The notes under the pieces: generated by a model | Databases searched by the model: none | Seen by the model: only the letters and a program-made list of their open reading frames with translations | What the model was told of the DNA's origin: nothing | Program-made: the position numbers and the translations under genes | Assembly: GCA_046152955.1 (NCBI GenBank) | Contig: JBJXGA010000274.1 | Location: forward strand, 1 to 29,742 | Source: Planctomycetales bacterium | Lineage (GTDB): Bacteria > Planctomycetota > Planctomycetia > Planctomycetales > Planctomycetaceae | Reading direction: 5' to 3' | DNA length: 29,742 bases | In this document: piece after piece, positions 1 through 8,475 of the stretch | Position numbering within the stretch: position 1 is the first letter of the stretch | Layout of the letters: the number at the start of each line of letters is the position of its first letter

Positions 1-68
1 GTTCACCGAGGGGCTAACGCCTCTCGATCCATTGTTCCTTTCGTGTACCTCCAGAAGGGGGGTGACCC

Positions 69-1175
69 GTGTTCCTGTTCCAACGTGACAAGATTCGCTC
101 GTACGAGGTGGGGCTGCTGTTCCGCGACGGAGAGTTTCGCGGACTGCTGGCCGCGGGGTCGCACTGGCATTTCGATCCCCTGCGGAAGGTGCGGGTGGAG
201 GTCGTCTCGCAGCGCGACTCGTGGCTCGTTCATGAGAAGTTGGACCTGATCGTCAAGTCGGGGGCGCTCCGCGATCGCGCCGTCGTCCTGGACTTGCAGG
301 ACCACGAGCGGGCTCTGGTCTGGATCGACAACCGGTTCAGCCACATCCTGCCGCCGGGACAGTACGCCTATTGGACGGGGCAGAAGCAGGTCCGAGTCGA
401 AGTCGCTGACATCCGACCGGTCCGCTTCGCGCACGAACAGTTCAAGGTGATTGTCCGCTCGCCGCTGGCGGGGCGCGTCCTTGACATCTGCACGGTTCAG
501 CGCGACCACGTGGGGGTGCTGTTCATCGACGGCCGATATGTCGAGACGGTCCAGCCGGGGGAATACGCCTTCTGGAAGGGACCGGCGGAAGTCCGGCTGG
601 TCGAAGTCGATCTGCGGGAGACAATCGTCGACGTCGGCGGCCAGGAGATCATGACGGCCGACAAGGTGACGTTGCGCCTCAACGCCGTCGTGACCTACAA
701 GGTCGCCGACGCACGGAAGTCGATCAGCCAGACCGACGATGTGCGGCAGGCGCTCTACCGCGACACGCAGCTCGTGCTGCGCGGCGTGGTGGGGACCAGG
801 GAGTTGGATCCCTTCCTGACGGACAAGGATGCCGTCGCCAGGGAGATCGAGGAGAACGTCCGTCGCCGGGCAGGAGAGCTGGGGCTGGAGATCGCCTCGG
901 TCGGCATCCGGGACGTAATCCTTCCGGGCGAAATGAAGGATCTGATGAACAAGGTCACGGAGGCCCGCAAGGGGGCCGAAGCGAACTTGATCTCGCGGCG
1001 CGAGGAGACGGCAGCCATCCGCAGCCAGGCGAATACGGCCAGGCTGCTGGCGGAAAGCCCGACCCTGATGCGTCTGCGGGAACTGGAAGTCCTGGAAAAG
1101 ATCGCCTCGGCGGGCAAGCTCAACATTGTCCTGGGGGACAAGGGGCTGGCCGACAAGGTGGTCAATTTGCTGTGA
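69..1175 (+). CDS. SPFH/band-7 (stomatin/HflC-like) family protein with three N-terminal tandem ~66-aa repeats; GTG start
   Basis: C-terminal 180 aa show the classic SPFH core and coiled-coil tail (TADKVTLRLNAVVTYKV...DTQLVLRGVVGTRELD...ARKGAEANLISRREETAAIRSQANTARLLAE). The upstream in-frame stop is at 63-65. The purine-rich AAGGGGGG sits 7 nt before GTG(69). I see no N-terminal TM helix. Confidence 0.8.
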   Translation: MFLFQRDKIRSYEVGLLFRDGEFRGLLAAGSHWHFDPLRKVRVEVVSQRDSWLVHEKLDLIVKSGALRDRAVVLDLQDHERALVWIDNRFSHILPPGQYAYWTGQKQVRVEVADIRPVRFAHEQFKVIVRSPLAGRVLDICTVQRDHVGVLFIDGRYVETVQPGEYAFWKGPAEVRLVEVDLRETIVDVGGQEIMTADKVTLRLNAVVTYKVADARKSISQTDDVRQALYRDTQLVLRGVVGTRELDPFLTDKDAVAREIEENVRRRAGELGLEIASVGIRDVILPGEMKDLMNKVTEARKGAEANLISRREETAAIRSQANTARLLAESPTLMRLRELEVLEKIASAGKLNIVLGDKGLADKVVNLL

Positions 1176-1196
1176 CGTTGGAAAGAATCCTACGAA

Positions 1197-1240
1197 GCCC
1201 TCTGGCCTGAGCGATCAGGTCAGAGGGCTGTTTGTGTTTT
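1197..1240 (+). terminator. Rho-independent terminator after the SPFH gene
   Basis: GCCCTCTGGCC (1197-1207) pairs with GGTCAGAGGGC (1218-1228), giving an 11-bp stem with one G.U and a 10-nt loop. It is followed by TGTTTGTGTTTT (1229-1240), 22 nt after the stop codon. Confidence 0.55.
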
Positions 1241-1386
1241 GGAGGCTGGTTGGCACTCGCAACCGCGATCCTGCGGAATGCTACGTTGGTGAATCGGACG
1301 ATAGGCTGTGCTCCACACCCCTGGTGTGACTATCCTGTGGAATGCCGTCGGTGCTTTTCAGGGAATCGTCTGATGAGAAGTCGTCC

Positions 1387-1989
1387 ATGATCCACGCATT
1401 GCCGGGGATGGGGGCAGATCGCCGAATGTACTCCACCGTTTGGTCAGAACTTCCTGGATTTCAGGCCCATGATTGGCCGCAGATCGTTCGTCCGGCGTCT
1501 CTCTCAACAGTCGCCCAGGCGGTATGTCAATCGGGTCCCATCCAGGATGGCGATGTTCTGATTGGCGCCTCGCTGGGGGGAATGATCGCCTGTGAAATTG
1601 CTAAGCTGCGGCGCATTCCCCGGCTCTACCTGGTGTCGAGCGCGGTTGATCGGAGCGAAGTCAATCCACTCCTCGCGCTGCTGAGTCCGCTGGCGCGCTT
1701 CGCACCGATCGAGTGGGCTCAACTGTCTGCCGGACGAGTTCCCGGCGAACTGGCGCAGATGTTTGCCCGGAGCGATGCGGCGTTCGTCAGGACGATGTGC
1801 CAGGCGATTTTCGATTGGGATGGCCTGGGGGCGACGACAACGCGGGTGATTCGCCTCCACGGACGGCGCGACTTGGTGATTCCCCCGCCCCCCCAGCCTG
1901 ACCTGTTGTTGGACGCAGGACACTTGATGGCCATGACCCACGCGGCGGAATGCGTGGAGTTCATTCGCGGGACGCTGGAATCGAAGTAG
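1387..1989 (+). CDS. small alpha/beta-fold serine hydrolase (about 200 aa)
   Basis: GASLGG nucleophile elbow (GxSxG), a later Asp, and DAGHLM His consistent with a catalytic triad. ATG 1387 (MIHALPGMG) is preceded by GAGAAG 7 nt upstream. The track ORF begins at 1342, which is an alternative start without an SD. Confidence 0.6.
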   Translation: MIHALPGMGADRRMYSTVWSELPGFQAHDWPQIVRPASLSTVAQAVCQSGPIQDGDVLIGASLGGMIACEIAKLRRIPRLYLVSSAVDRSEVNPLLALLSPLARFAPIEWAQLSAGRVPGELAQMFARSDAAFVRTMCQAIFDWDGLGATTTRVIRLHGRRDLVIPPPPQPDLLLDAGHLMAMTHAAECVEFIRGTLESK

Positions 1990-2107
1990 GCAGAGGTCTC
2001 GGCACGGCCTGCAGCCGAAACCAAACGAGGATTGAACTTGTGAGTGAATGATTCGGGCAGGTGAATTCTCTCGCTGTGACACGACTGCGAAGGATTCAGG
2101 CGGCGAG

Positions 2108-2143
2108 CATCACGCAAAAGAAACAGGGGGCTTACGCCCCCCG
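2108..2143 (-). terminator. Possible rho-independent terminator for the minus-strand DUF1501 gene
   Basis: On the minus strand: GGGGGC-GTAA-GCCCCC (6-bp GC stem, 2126-2141 on the + strand) followed by UGUUUCUUUUG, about 50 nt after the stop at 2195. Confidence 0.4.
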
Positions 2144-2194
2144 CTCGCCTGGTTGATGAGCACAACGATGCTGCGCAACAGGGCGCGTTGTCCG

Positions 2195-3598
2195 CTACGC
2201 CGTCGCCGCCAGTTCCGCGATCGGTTTGCCGTCCGTGACGATCGGGGTCGGACGGCCGGCACGGTCGGGAATGGCGACCCGTTCATAGTCGATTCCCAGG
2301 TGGCGATAGATCGTTGCCAGAAAGTCTTGCGGACCGACACGGCGGCTGACCACGTCTTCGCCGCGGCGATCGGTTCCGCCGATCACCTGTCCCGTCTGAA
2401 TGCCTCCACCGGCCCAAATCATCGAATTGGCCCGCGGCCAATGGTCGCGGCCGGGCTGAACGGTTCCAGCCGGGGCGCTGGCCACTCCTCCGCCACTGCT
2501 GGCGACGTGGGAGATCCGCGGAGTGCGTCCGAACTCGCCGGTGACGATCACCAGCACCCGCTTATCCAACCCCCGTTCATAAACGTCGTTGATGAGTGCC
2601 GCAACCGCCTGATCGAAATAGGGAGCGCGAAACTTCAGCGCCTCGAAGACGTTGTGATTGACCGCATGGTCATCCCAGTTGGCGACACGACCGCACAGCG
2701 GTCCATCAAAGGTTGTCGTCACGATCTCCACCCCCGCCTCCACCAACCGCCGCGCCATGAGGCATTGTTGTCCCCATTGATTGAGTCCGTACCGCTCCCT
2801 GACCTCCGGACGTTCCTGTTTGAGATCAAATGCGCGGGACGCCTCGGGACTGGTCAACAGCCCCAGCGCCTGCGACTCGTAACCGTCCATCGCCCGCATC
2901 ACCCCGGATTGGTCCAATTCGCGACGGAAGCCGTCAAAACTCAGTCGCAAGCGGCTCCGCTCACGGAGCCGGTCCGCCTGTGCGGGATCGGCCAGTCCGA
3001 CATTGGGAACTTGAAAGGTCGGCGAGCTCGGATCTCCCGTGATCGCGAACGGCTCGTAGGACGGGCCGAGATAGCCGGGGCCGGCGATCACGAAACTGTC
3101 ATACCGCACGATCGGGTTGACTCCGACGTAATTGGGAAGCCGGCGCTCTCCCCCGGAACGGAGATAGTGTGCGACAGTCATCACGTCGGGATAGACGGGA
3201 AATAACTTGTCTTGTGGATCGGGATCGCCCGACAGGAGTTGCAATGAACCGGAAGGATGCCCTCCCCCGGTATGCGCCATCGAACGGAGCAGGGCGAAAC
3301 GGTGTGAGAGCCGGGCTTGTTCCGGCAGCAGTTCCGATAGGAACAATCCCGGAGTCTGCGTGGCAATCGGGGAAAACGGACCCCGGTAATCGCTCGGGGC
3401 CTCGGGTTTGCAATCGTAGGTGTCGAGGTGACTGCACCCGCCACGCAGCCAGACAATGATCACCGCCGTTCGCGAGGCGGACTCGGCGGCTCCCGCTTCG
3501 GCCCTCAGACGCAGCAGGCCGGGAAGCGACAATGCGCCGAAACCAGCCAGGCCGATCCGCAGGATTTCGCGACGGCTGCGGGGAGGGGAGGAGGACAT
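2195..3598 (-). CDS. DUF1501 family protein (sulfatase/alkaline-phosphatase-like superfamily) with twin-arginine signal
   Basis: N-terminus MSSSPPRSRREILRIGLAGFGALSL is Tat-like. Length about 467 aa and motifs (GGGHP, TGEFGRTP, DHW) are typical of planctomycete DUF1501 proteins. Confidence 0.8.
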   Translation of the reverse strand: MSSSPPRSRREILRIGLAGFGALSLPGLLRLRAEAGAAESASRTAVIIVWLRGGCSHLDTYDCKPEAPSDYRGPFSPIATQTPGLFLSELLPEQARLSHRFALLRSMAHTGGGHPSGSLQLLSGDPDPQDKLFPVYPDVMTVAHYLRSGGERRLPNYVGVNPIVRYDSFVIAGPGYLGPSYEPFAITGDPSSPTFQVPNVGLADPAQADRLRERSRLRLSFDGFRRELDQSGVMRAMDGYESQALGLLTSPEASRAFDLKQERPEVRERYGLNQWGQQCLMARRLVEAGVEIVTTTFDGPLCGRVANWDDHAVNHNVFEALKFRAPYFDQAVAALINDVYERGLDKRVLVIVTGEFGRTPRISHVASSGGGVASAPAGTVQPGRDHWPRANSMIWAGGGIQTGQVIGGTDRRGEDVVSRRVGPQDFLATIYRHLGIDYERVAIPDRAGRPTPIVTDGKPIAELAATA

Positions 3599-3660
3599 TC
3601 GAGGGATGAGGGATGAAGGATGAAGGGCGAAGGACTGGTGGCTGTGAGGTTGATGCGTTG

Positions 3661-4782
3661 TTAGGTGAGGGTGAATCCCGGCAGCTTGACGATGGCACCT
3701 CCCTGGAGAGCCGACTGGTGGGCGCAGATTCCCACGCAGGTCCAGTTGGCGCTGGTGGGGGCATTGGGCCAGGGATCGCGCTGTTGCACCAGGGCGCTCA
3801 CAAACTCGTTGACCAGGTGCGGGTGTGAGCCGCCGTGTCCCCCTCCCTGGATGAACGACAGGTGCTGCGAGTCGTGAATCTCTGCCGGGAGGGTGAAACG
3901 CCGGATCGGTTCGGGGAGCAGGTGGGCGTAATCGGGGACCTTGACTCGTGTGGGGATTTCCGGCTCGGGCTTTTTCGCCGTATGCAGGATGTGCTCTTCA
4001 TGCTCCACGAGCGTCCACTCAAAACTCTTTTTTGTGCCATACACGTCGAAGCTCTCGCGGTACTGCCGGGCGGTGTCGTACAGGAAGCGCCAGATGTGGG
4101 CGGCGATGTCGGAGTCCTTGATCTTGATGTGGCACGATTCGACGGCGAACGTATTGCCCGACTTTTTCTGGATGTCTTCGCGGACCGTGCCGGAACCGAA
4201 ACAGCTCACATAATCGGCCCGGCCGTCGACCAGCCCCAGGACGGGACTGACCACGTGCGTGGCGTAATGCATGGGGATCATCCGTTCCCAGTAGTCGGGC
4301 CAGCCGTCCATATCCTGCGGATGCGAGGCGGCCATGTACTGGATTTTGCCCAATTCCCCCTGGGTGTACAGTTCCTTGATGAACAGGAATTCGCGGGAAT
4401 AGACGACAGTCTCCGCCATCATGTAGGTCAAGCCAGTCTGCTTGACCAACTCCACGATCTGCTGGCACTCCTCGATCGTGGTGGCCATGGGGACGGTACA
4501 CATCACATGCTTGCCCGCCTTGAGCGCGGCGATGGACATCGGCGCATGGTCGGGAATCGGCGAGTTGATATGCACGAAATCGACCTGCTTATCAGCCAGC
4601 ACCTCTTCGTATTTGGTGTACCGTGTTGGGATGCCGAATTCGTCACCGACTTTCTTCAGCTTGTCGGGATTCCGCTGGCAGATGGCCCGGATGGTGGCCT
4701 GCGGATGGTGCTGATAAATGGGAATGAACTCGGCGCCGAATCCCAGCCCCACCATCGCCACATTGACGCGATCCCGCCCCAT
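3661..4782 (-). CDS. Gfo/Idh/MocA family NAD(P)-dependent oxidoreductase
   Basis: N-terminal Rossmann motif VAMVGLGFGAEFIP. A 373-aa alpha/beta C-terminal domain. Strong SD GAGGAGA 7 nt upstream of ATG(4782). Confidence 0.85.
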   Translation of the reverse strand: MGRDRVNVAMVGLGFGAEFIPIYQHHPQATIRAICQRNPDKLKKVGDEFGIPTRYTKYEEVLADKQVDFVHINSPIPDHAPMSIAALKAGKHVMCTVPMATTIEECQQIVELVKQTGLTYMMAETVVYSREFLFIKELYTQGELGKIQYMAASHPQDMDGWPDYWERMIPMHYATHVVSPVLGLVDGRADYVSCFGSGTVREDIQKKSGNTFAVESCHIKIKDSDIAAHIWRFLYDTARQYRESFDVYGTKKSFEWTLVEHEEHILHTAKKPEPEIPTRVKVPDYAHLLPEPIRRFTLPAEIHDSQHLSFIQGGGHGGSHPHLVNEFVSALVQQRDPWPNAPTSANWTCVGICAHQSALQGGAIVKLPGFTLT

Positions 4783-4988
4783 GAGCCAATCTCCTCAGAA
4801 AAGCGTTCGACCTGAATGAACAAGCACATCGACCATGACTATGGAGTCGCTTTCGAGAAAATGCAATCGTCGGGATGACAAAGCGCGGCGGTCTGTCGCT
4901 CGACAAATCCGCTGACGGCGCGCAGGATATGTGGACTCGTCCCTGCCCGATCGCCCACCCTGGTCGCCTATTGCGGAGTCACTCGCCG

Positions 4989-5831
4989 ATGCGCAGCATC
5001 TTGTCCCGATCACTCATTGCCGTCGGAGTCTGGCTGATGTTGCCGATGGGAGCACTCCCCCTGACCCGAGCCGATGAACCACTGACAGTGATGAAGACCC
5101 CCGGAGGGAGGGAATTTGCGCTGTTGGGGAAGAAGCCCTCCAGTCCCGCTCCGACGCTGTTTGTTTTCGCCAACACGTTTGCCAATTCGCTCACCAGCGA
5201 CGACTACAACAAGGTTGGCAAATTGCTGGCGGAGCACGGCGTGCTCAGCGTCGCCTTCGATCTTCCGTGCCATGGCGCCCAGCGCCGCGACGGGGAACCG
5301 GACGGCCTGGATGGCTGGCGGGCACGGTTGGACAAGGGGGAAAACCCGATCCAGGAGCTGTGCCGCGACGCGCAGGCCGTCCTCGATCACCTGATTGCCC
5401 AGGGCTATACGAACCCCGAACGGATCGCCGCGTGCGGCACGTCGCGGGGAGGATTCGCCGCGTTGCATTTCGCGGCGTCGGATCCGCGCGTCCGCTGTGT
5501 GGCGGCGTTTGCCCCGGTGACCGACCTGCCGGTACTGCGGGAGTTCCAGGGGATGTCAGCGGAAACGGCCCGGATGCTGGGGGCGGTCAGCCTGGCGGAC
5601 CGGTTGTGCGAGCAGCCGGTGTGGTTGATCATCGGGCCACACGACGAACGGGTCGGTACCGACGCGACGGTGGCAGTCGCCCGAGCGATCAATCTGGCCG
5701 CCGTCGCCCGCAAGAAATTGGCGCAGGTCGAACTGCACGTGCAGCCGTCCGAGGGACACCGAACTCCCAAGTCGGGACATGCCGATGCGGCCATCTGGCT
5801 GGCGCGGCAACTGGAATTGGCTGCCCCCTGA
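4989..5831 (+). CDS. secreted alpha/beta hydrolase (dienelactone-hydrolase / S9-peptidase-like esterase)
   Basis: Signal peptide MRSILSRSLIAVGVWLMLPMGALPLTRA. GTSRGGF nucleophile elbow and a later His (SEGHRTP). The track ORF starts at 4875; I prefer ATG 4989, which gives a canonical signal peptide. Confidence 0.7.
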   Translation: MRSILSRSLIAVGVWLMLPMGALPLTRADEPLTVMKTPGGREFALLGKKPSSPAPTLFVFANTFANSLTSDDYNKVGKLLAEHGVLSVAFDLPCHGAQRRDGEPDGLDGWRARLDKGENPIQELCRDAQAVLDHLIAQGYTNPERIAACGTSRGGFAALHFAASDPRVRCVAAFAPVTDLPVLREFQGMSAETARMLGAVSLADRLCEQPVWLIIGPHDERVGTDATVAVARAINLAAVARKKLAQVELHVQPSEGHRTPKSGHADAAIWLARQLELAAP

Positions 5832-5934
5832 AGAGTCTTTTCTGCATGCAGGCTCCATTCATCCGGCGGATCCCTCCGGGAGGAGCCAGTCCTGCATTCG
5901 AGTTTTCCCCTTGCCTCCTCCCGCGCTGAACGTC

Positions 5935-6288
5935 ATGCCCACTGAATCGAAGTCGCTGGACGCTCCTTCGCCACTGAGTCCTGAACAGCAACACAACCAC
6001 ATGCTGACGGTCTTTTCCGTTTCGGCGGGAATGGTGGGGGTCTGCCTGACCGGCATCGGCCTGATCCAGGTCATGACGATGCTCAAGGACTTCACCACGC
6101 TGTGCGACGAACTGCTGGTGATCGACGCCTTGATGTTCCTGTTCTCCTGCTTTGTCAGTTATTGGGCAATGCATCACAGGTTGCAGAAACACTACCGTCG
6201 GTTGCGGCTGGTCGTGGACACCTTTCTGATGGCGGGGATCCTGCTGATGTTCCTCGTCTGTGCGATGATCGCCTGGTCGATCCTGTAG
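5935..6288 (+). CDS. small (118 aa) integral membrane protein, about 3 TM helices, unknown function
   Basis: Hydrophobic segments MLTVFSVSAGMVGVCLTGIGLI, LVIDALMFLFSCFVSYW and FLMAGILLMFLVCAMIAWSIL. Its stop TAG (6286-6288) directly abuts GTG 6289 of the next ORF. No SD, so the start is uncertain. Confidence 0.4.
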   Translation: MPTESKSLDAPSPLSPEQQHNHMLTVFSVSAGMVGVCLTGIGLIQVMTMLKDFTTLCDELLVIDALMFLFSCFVSYWAMHHRLQKHYRRLRLVVDTFLMAGILLMFLVCAMIAWSIL

Positions 6289-6372
6289 GTGTTGTACCGG
6301 TCGGCTCGACGCGGTAGCATCAAGGTCCGACTTCCCATCTTCCTGGTCCACTTCCATTTCGGGCGCCGATTC

Positions 6373-8475
6373 ATGTGGGGCTCGCCTGTGCGGCTGCTGT
6401 TGGCGGTGTTGTTCGCGCTTCCCTTCGGGACGGCCTGGGGGGCCGATCCGCCCAAAACGCCGATCAAACTGACAGTGATGGGTCTGGCTCCCCGTGCGCG
6501 ATCGCAGGCGCCGCAGACGATTGAAGTGTCGCTCGACAATAAGATGACGCGGGTTGTGGAGGGCGTGGTCGAGCTGAAAGTTTATGTCGGTCGGCGGGTG
6601 GTGATGGACTACCGGAGCGAGCCCCTCGTTCTGGCGACCGATCCGCAGAAGCTGCGTCTGACGCTGCCGCCGATCATTGTCCACAACGAACGAACGCCGG
6701 TGACCGTTCTGGGACGGTTCGTCACGCCGCGCGAAACGTTTGAGCTGAATGAACAGGATGTGGTCGTTCCGGCGTATTGGAAGCGCTGGTTTGTGGTGGG
6801 GATCTCGCGTCCCGAAGAACGGATCGGAGCCGGGAACCGGAACGGAAACAGGTTGTCGCTGGAAATGGCCCTGGCGCTGGAGCGGTTCAACACCGCTCCC
6901 CAGGATCGCCAGGATTGGATCACGTATCCCACGAACCTCGTTCCGGCGAAATTTCCCACAAGTGCGGTGGCCTATGCGGGCTTTGACTTGCTGTTGCTGG
7001 AGGGAGAGGGGCTGACGCAACTGCGCGACCCGCAGTTGGCCGCCATTTCTCTATGGGTCCAGGCGGGAGGGAGCGTGCTGGTGCGACCGACCGGTACGTT
7101 GCGTCCCTCGATCCTGGCGTTTCTCAATCAGCTCTCCCCGGAGGGGCTCGATTCGCTCCCCTATCTACTCGATGCCGAGGGACGCCTGGACGTGCAGTCG
7201 GTCCCCGAGGTGAACCGGCGACATTGCGGCCTGGGGCGCGCCGTGATCGTGTCGCGGCCGACCGGCCCGGAAGAAGATTATGCCTCGCCCGAATGGCTGG
7301 AGACCGTGCTGTTTCTCTGGAAAGTGCGGCGCGATCAGGCGGAGGCGATTCGCCGCGAGGGGGCCTGGCACAATGAGTTTTCCAAGGTGGAATCCAGCCG
7401 CACTTCCGTCTATCCGCAGGCGCAGAATTTTGCTCCCTACGAGGAGCCGCTGGAGGGAAAACTCCGCAACTTGTTGATGCCCGACCGGGTGCAGGGGGTG
7501 CCGTTTTGGGTGGTGGCGGCGATCCTGTCGCTGTTTTTGCTGGCCATCGCGCCGGGAGATTACTTCCTGCTGGGGGCGTTCCGCGCGCGGCGCTTCACCT
7601 GGTTCACTCTGACCGCGGTGTCGCTGGCGTTCACGCTGGGAACAATCGCCATCGCCGATCGGATCATGGGGACGACCAGTTACCAGCGGGGGCTGGTGTT
7701 CGTCGACCTGAGAGAGGACAACCGTCCGGCGCGAACCAGTCGCTTCGACGTCCATTTCACCGCCACGCAAGCGGTTTTGGAATCCGAATACCACGACACG
7801 CTGTACGTGGCGATCGACGATCGCATCCCGCGCTCGTCTGCCTATCCGATCCAGCCGGGGTACTATACGTCTCCCCTGTCGCAAGAGGAGGAAGAGGCCC
7901 CCCCGGCAGGACTCCTGGGGGATTTGCCCATATATGTCGGGGCCGTTCCCGGTCGATACGCGGTGCGTCAACAGACCCGGCAATGGTCTCCGTATGTCAC
8001 CCGTCAGACGACGTTTTCCGAAGCGGTCGATCTGCCGACACTCGACTGGCAGAAACTCGATCCGCGCACCTGGAGTTTGGCGGAGGAGGGAAAGCAGCGC
8101 GTCCGCGAAGTCTTTGCCCAGGCGGGGGTTCCGGCGCGCGTGTTGCTGCTGCATGGGGAGCAGATGCTCGACTTGACCCCGGTCGTGCAAGCCACCGATC
8201 CCCCGGACGCAACCGAGCCGCTCCCCGATGGTCGGCTGATCGGCCCGACCGCCGCGTCGGGAGACGCGCTGCTCGACCTGGTGCGCCAGGCCTGTCTTCG
8301 CCCTTCGCGCGGGTTGTTCGCGGTTCTGTCACAAGTCGGTCCCACCGGCGCAGACAGCCTCGAAGACCTGACGCTCCTCGATCCGTCGGATGACGACGTC
8401 TGGCTGCTGGTGGTCGTGCTGGAACGGGACGAAGAGCGATGGGTGGTCCGCAAACTCTTCCGGAAGGTCCCCTGA
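6373..8475 (+). CDS. exported 700-aa protein with two central TM helices; possible GldG/DUF4350-like ABC-transporter auxiliary component
   Basis: Signal peptide MWGSPVRLLLAVLFALPFGTAWG-ADP. Two adjacent TM helices near aa 400-460 (VPFWVVAAILSLFLLAIAPG; FTWFTLTAVSLAFTLGTIAIA). The motif AYAGFDLLLLEGEG...LAAISLWVQAGGSVLV resembles the GATase1-like motif of GldG/DUF4350 proteins; this is recalled by eye, not searched. Stop TGA overlaps the next ATG (ATGA at 8473-8477). Alternative GTG start at 6289. Confidence 0.6.
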   Translation: MWGSPVRLLLAVLFALPFGTAWGADPPKTPIKLTVMGLAPRARSQAPQTIEVSLDNKMTRVVEGVVELKVYVGRRVVMDYRSEPLVLATDPQKLRLTLPPIIVHNERTPVTVLGRFVTPRETFELNEQDVVVPAYWKRWFVVGISRPEERIGAGNRNGNRLSLEMALALERFNTAPQDRQDWITYPTNLVPAKFPTSAVAYAGFDLLLLEGEGLTQLRDPQLAAISLWVQAGGSVLVRPTGTLRPSILAFLNQLSPEGLDSLPYLLDAEGRLDVQSVPEVNRRHCGLGRAVIVSRPTGPEEDYASPEWLETVLFLWKVRRDQAEAIRREGAWHNEFSKVESSRTSVYPQAQNFAPYEEPLEGKLRNLLMPDRVQGVPFWVVAAILSLFLLAIAPGDYFLLGAFRARRFTWFTLTAVSLAFTLGTIAIADRIMGTTSYQRGLVFVDLREDNRPARTSRFDVHFTATQAVLESEYHDTLYVAIDDRIPRSSAYPIQPGYYTSPLSQEEEEAPPAGLLGDLPIYVGAVPGRYAVRQQTRQWSPYVTRQTTFSEAVDLPTLDWQKLDPRTWSLAEEGKQRVREVFAQAGVPARVLLLHGEQMLDLTPVVQATDPPDATEPLPDGRLIGPTAASGDALLDLVRQACLRPSRGLFAVLSQVGPTGADSLEDLTLLDPSDDDVWLLVVVLERDEERWVVRKLFRKVP

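Noticed and set aside
3-509. 168-aa minus-strand ORF at the window start
   Set aside because: Antisense to the SPFH gene, which has a strong SD and an unmistakable family signature.
2048-3205. 385-aa + strand ORF
   Set aside because: Antisense to the DUF1501 gene, which has a Tat signal and family motifs.
3835-4815. 326-aa + strand ORF
   Set aside because: Antisense to the Gfo/Idh/MocA gene, which has a clean Rossmann motif and SD.
5689-7020. 443-aa minus-strand ORF rich in R/H/Q/P
   Set aside because: Low-complexity composition. Fully antisense to the signal-peptide protein and the small membrane gene. A typical GC-driven shadow ORF.
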